Assembly: GCA_034506315.1 (NCBI GenBank)
Contig: JAPDPT010000054.1
Coordinates: forward strand, 1-25,250
DNA length: 25,250 bases
Direction of reading: 5' to 3'
From: Candidatus Zhuqueibacterota bacterium
Lineage (GTDB): Bacteria; Zhuqueibacterota; Zhuqueibacteria; Oleimicrobiales; Geothermoviventaceae
Shown: piece by piece, positions 23,874 to 25,250 of the stretch
Layout of the letters: the number at the start of each line of letters is the position of its first letter
Numbering within the stretch: position 1 is the first letter of the stretch
Notes under the pieces: model-generated
Database searches by the model: none
Seen by the model: only the letters and a program-made list of their open reading frames with translations
Told to the model about the DNA's origin: nothing
Made by a program: the position numbers and the translations under genes

Positions 23874-25196
23874 ATGCGGGGAACGGCGATGGACGGCTTT
23901 AACACAATCGAAGAAGCGATCGAGGACATTCGACAGGGTAAAATCGTAATTGTCGTCGACGACGAAGATCGCGAGAACGAAGGCGATTTCATTATGGCCG
24001 CAGAGAAGGTCACGCCCGAGGCCATCAACTTCATGGCCAAGTACGGGCGGGGCCTGATCTGTGTGGCGATGACGGCCGAGCGCCTCAAGGAACTGGATCT
24101 CCATCCCATGGTCACCGAGAACACGGCTCATCTGGGTACTCAGTTCACGGTGAGCGTGGACGCTCGGCACGGCACGACGACGGGGATTTCGGCTTTCGAC
24201 CGGGCTACCACAATCCGCGCCCTTGTGGACCCACGAACGCGTCCAGAGGACCTGGCGCGACCTGGTCACGTTTTCCCGCTCCGCGCACGGGAGGGAGGAG
24301 TGCTCAATCGTGCCGGGCACACCGAGGCCGTGGTGGATCTTTGCCGTCTGGCTGGACTCTACCCGGCCGGCGTCTTGTGCGAGATCATGGACGAGGACGG
24401 CAGCATGGCCCGCGTCCCCCGGCTCATGGAGCTGGCCCACCAGTTCGGACTGAAGATCGTTACGGTGCGGGACCTGATCGAGTACCGGCGGCGCACCGAG
24501 AAGCTCGTTCGGTGCCTCGTCACCACGAACTTGCCTACCGCGTATGGCTCCTTCGTTCTGCACCTGTACGAAAGTGCCGTGGACGAGCACCACCACATCG
24601 CTCTGGTAAAGGGCGACGTGTCCACGCCTGAGCCGGTCCTGGTGCGGGTTCACAGCCAGTGCCTGACGGGCGACGTGTTCGGCTCCCTTCGTTGCGACTG
24701 CGGGGAACAATTGCACCGGGCCATGCAGATGATCGAACGAGAGGGGCGTGGTGTGCTCCTGTACATGCGGCAGGAGGGGCGAGGGATTGGGTTGGTCAAT
24801 AAGCTCCTTGCCTACCGGCTGCAGGATAAGGGCAAGGACACCGTAGAGGCAAACGAGGCTTTGGGGTTCGCCGCGGACCTTCGCGACTACGGAATTGGCG
24901 CACAGATTCTGTGTGACCTCGGTGTGCGCAAGATCCGTCTGATGACGAATAATCCACGGAAAATCGTCGGCCTCCAGGGATACGGGCTTGAAGTCGTGGA
25001 GCGGGTACCGATTGAGGTGCCGCCCAACAAGATCAATCTTCGATACCTGGAAACCAAGCGCGACAAGTTAGGCCACCTTATCCTGGAAAACGGTATTCCG
25101 AGAGATCTGCTGCGCGAGATCGCCGGGACAGATGGCTCGTCCCCCGACGAGGCGACGCTTAACCGACTTGCCGAGGAGTTGCAGCGGGCAAGATAG
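23874..25196 (+). CDS. ribBA: Bifunctional 3,4-dihydroxy-2-butanone-4-phosphate synthase / GTP cyclohydrolase II (RibBA)
   Basis: I chose ATG 23874, which has GGGAGAT upstream. ATG 23889 ([11 protein letters not shown]...) is the alternative. The DHBP synthase motifs are [17 protein letters not shown] and GLICVAMT. The GTP cyclohydrolase II zinc motif is [15 protein letters not shown]. The ORF-track TTG start at 23829 overlaps the ribE stop. Confidence 0.9.
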   Translation: MRGTAMDGFNTIEEAIEDIRQGKIVIVVDDEDRENEGDFIMAAEKVTPEAINFMAKYGRGLICVAMTAERLKELDLHPMVTENTAHLGTQFTVSVDARHGTTTGISAFDRATTIRALVDPRTRPEDLARPGHVFPLRAREGGVLNRAGHTEAVVDLCRLAGLYPAGVLCEIMDEDGSMARVPRLMELAHQFGLKIVTVRDLIEYRRRTEKLVRCLVTTNLPTAYGSFVLHLYESAVDEHHHIALVKGDVSTPEPVLVRVHSQCLTGDVFGSLRCDCGEQLHRAMQMIEREGRGVLLYMRQEGRGIGLVNKLLAYRLQDKGKDTVEANEALGFAADLRDYGIGAQILCDLGVRKIRLMTNNPRKIVGLQGYGLEVVERVPIEVPPNKINLRYLETKRDKLGHLILENGIPRDLLREIAGTDGSSPDEATLNRLAEELQRAR

Positions 25197-25221
25197 GCCC
25201 CTTCCCAAACCGGAGGAAGAA

Positions 25222-25250
25222 ATGGCGAAGGTTCTGGAAGGCTTCTTGGA
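25222..25250 (+). CDS. ribH: 5' end of 6,7-dimethyl-8-ribityllumazine synthase gene (ribH), truncated by the window edge
   Basis: ATG at 25222 is preceded by GGAGGAAGAA. The N-terminus MAKVLEGFL resembles RibH N-termini, and the gene sits where ribH is expected after ribBA. Only 9 codons are visible. Confidence 0.45.

Noticed and set aside
1-25250. CRISPR arrays, tRNA/rRNA genes, transposases, integrases, toxin-antitoxin or restriction-modification genes
   Set aside because: I found no direct-repeat arrays, cloverleaf-like tRNA signatures, DDE or tyrosine-recombinase motifs in any frame. The window looks like core chromosome.

Overview
GC-rich (~65% by eye) bacterial chromosomal window with strong G/C codon position 3 bias and Shine-Dalgarno sites before most genes. 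It looks like core metabolism rather than a mobile or defence island. I found no transposase, integrase, tRNA, CRISPR array or obvious repeat family.

Gene content, left to right:
- 2-235 (+): a truncated 3' gene end.
- 521-2902 (-): a glucosamine-6-phosphate deaminase (NagB) fused to a PIG-L/LmbE-type deacetylase.
- 3147-5192 (-): a lipoprotein with FG-GAP-type beta-propeller repeats.
- 5647-6636 (+): an SPFH/band-7 (flotillin-like) membrane protein.
- 6668-12289 (+): a giant 1873-aa ORF that starts 31 bp after the SPFH gene.
- 12600-13283 (+): a HAD-superfamily phosphatase.
- 13469-13900 (+): a small DUF2809-like membrane protein.
- 14029-14946 (+): a secreted protein of unknown function.
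- 15103-17304 (+): a GH3 beta-glucosidase (BglX-like).
- 17444-18337 (-) and 18396-19769 (-): a lipoprotein gene and mgtE.
- 19970-21634 (-): an M28/PA-domain peptidase.
- 21809-25250 (+): a complete riboflavin locus with a sigma70-type promoter, FMN riboswitch, attenuator terminator, ribD, ribE, ribBA and the start of ribH.

The main result is the giant ORF. Reading it by eye, it is a tandem pair of class I/II (fold-type I, AspAT-like) aminotransferase domains fused in frame to a divergent but collinear phosphoenolpyruvate carboxylase (PEPC) domain. The first aminotransferase copy has lost the Schiff-base lysine and the second copy keeps every catalytic motif. A PEPC-aspartate aminotransferase fusion would couple oxaloacetate synthesis to its transamination. 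I do not recognise this architecture as a described family.

Secondary observations are the NagB-PIG-L fusion, which could act as a one-protein NagA+NagB; a 13-bp perfect inverted repeat forming a bidirectional terminator; a 15-bp perfect palindrome in the mgtE promoter region; and several GC hairpins without U-tracts immediately after stop codons.

All coordinates come from the ORF track plus manual motif reading. No database search was possible.
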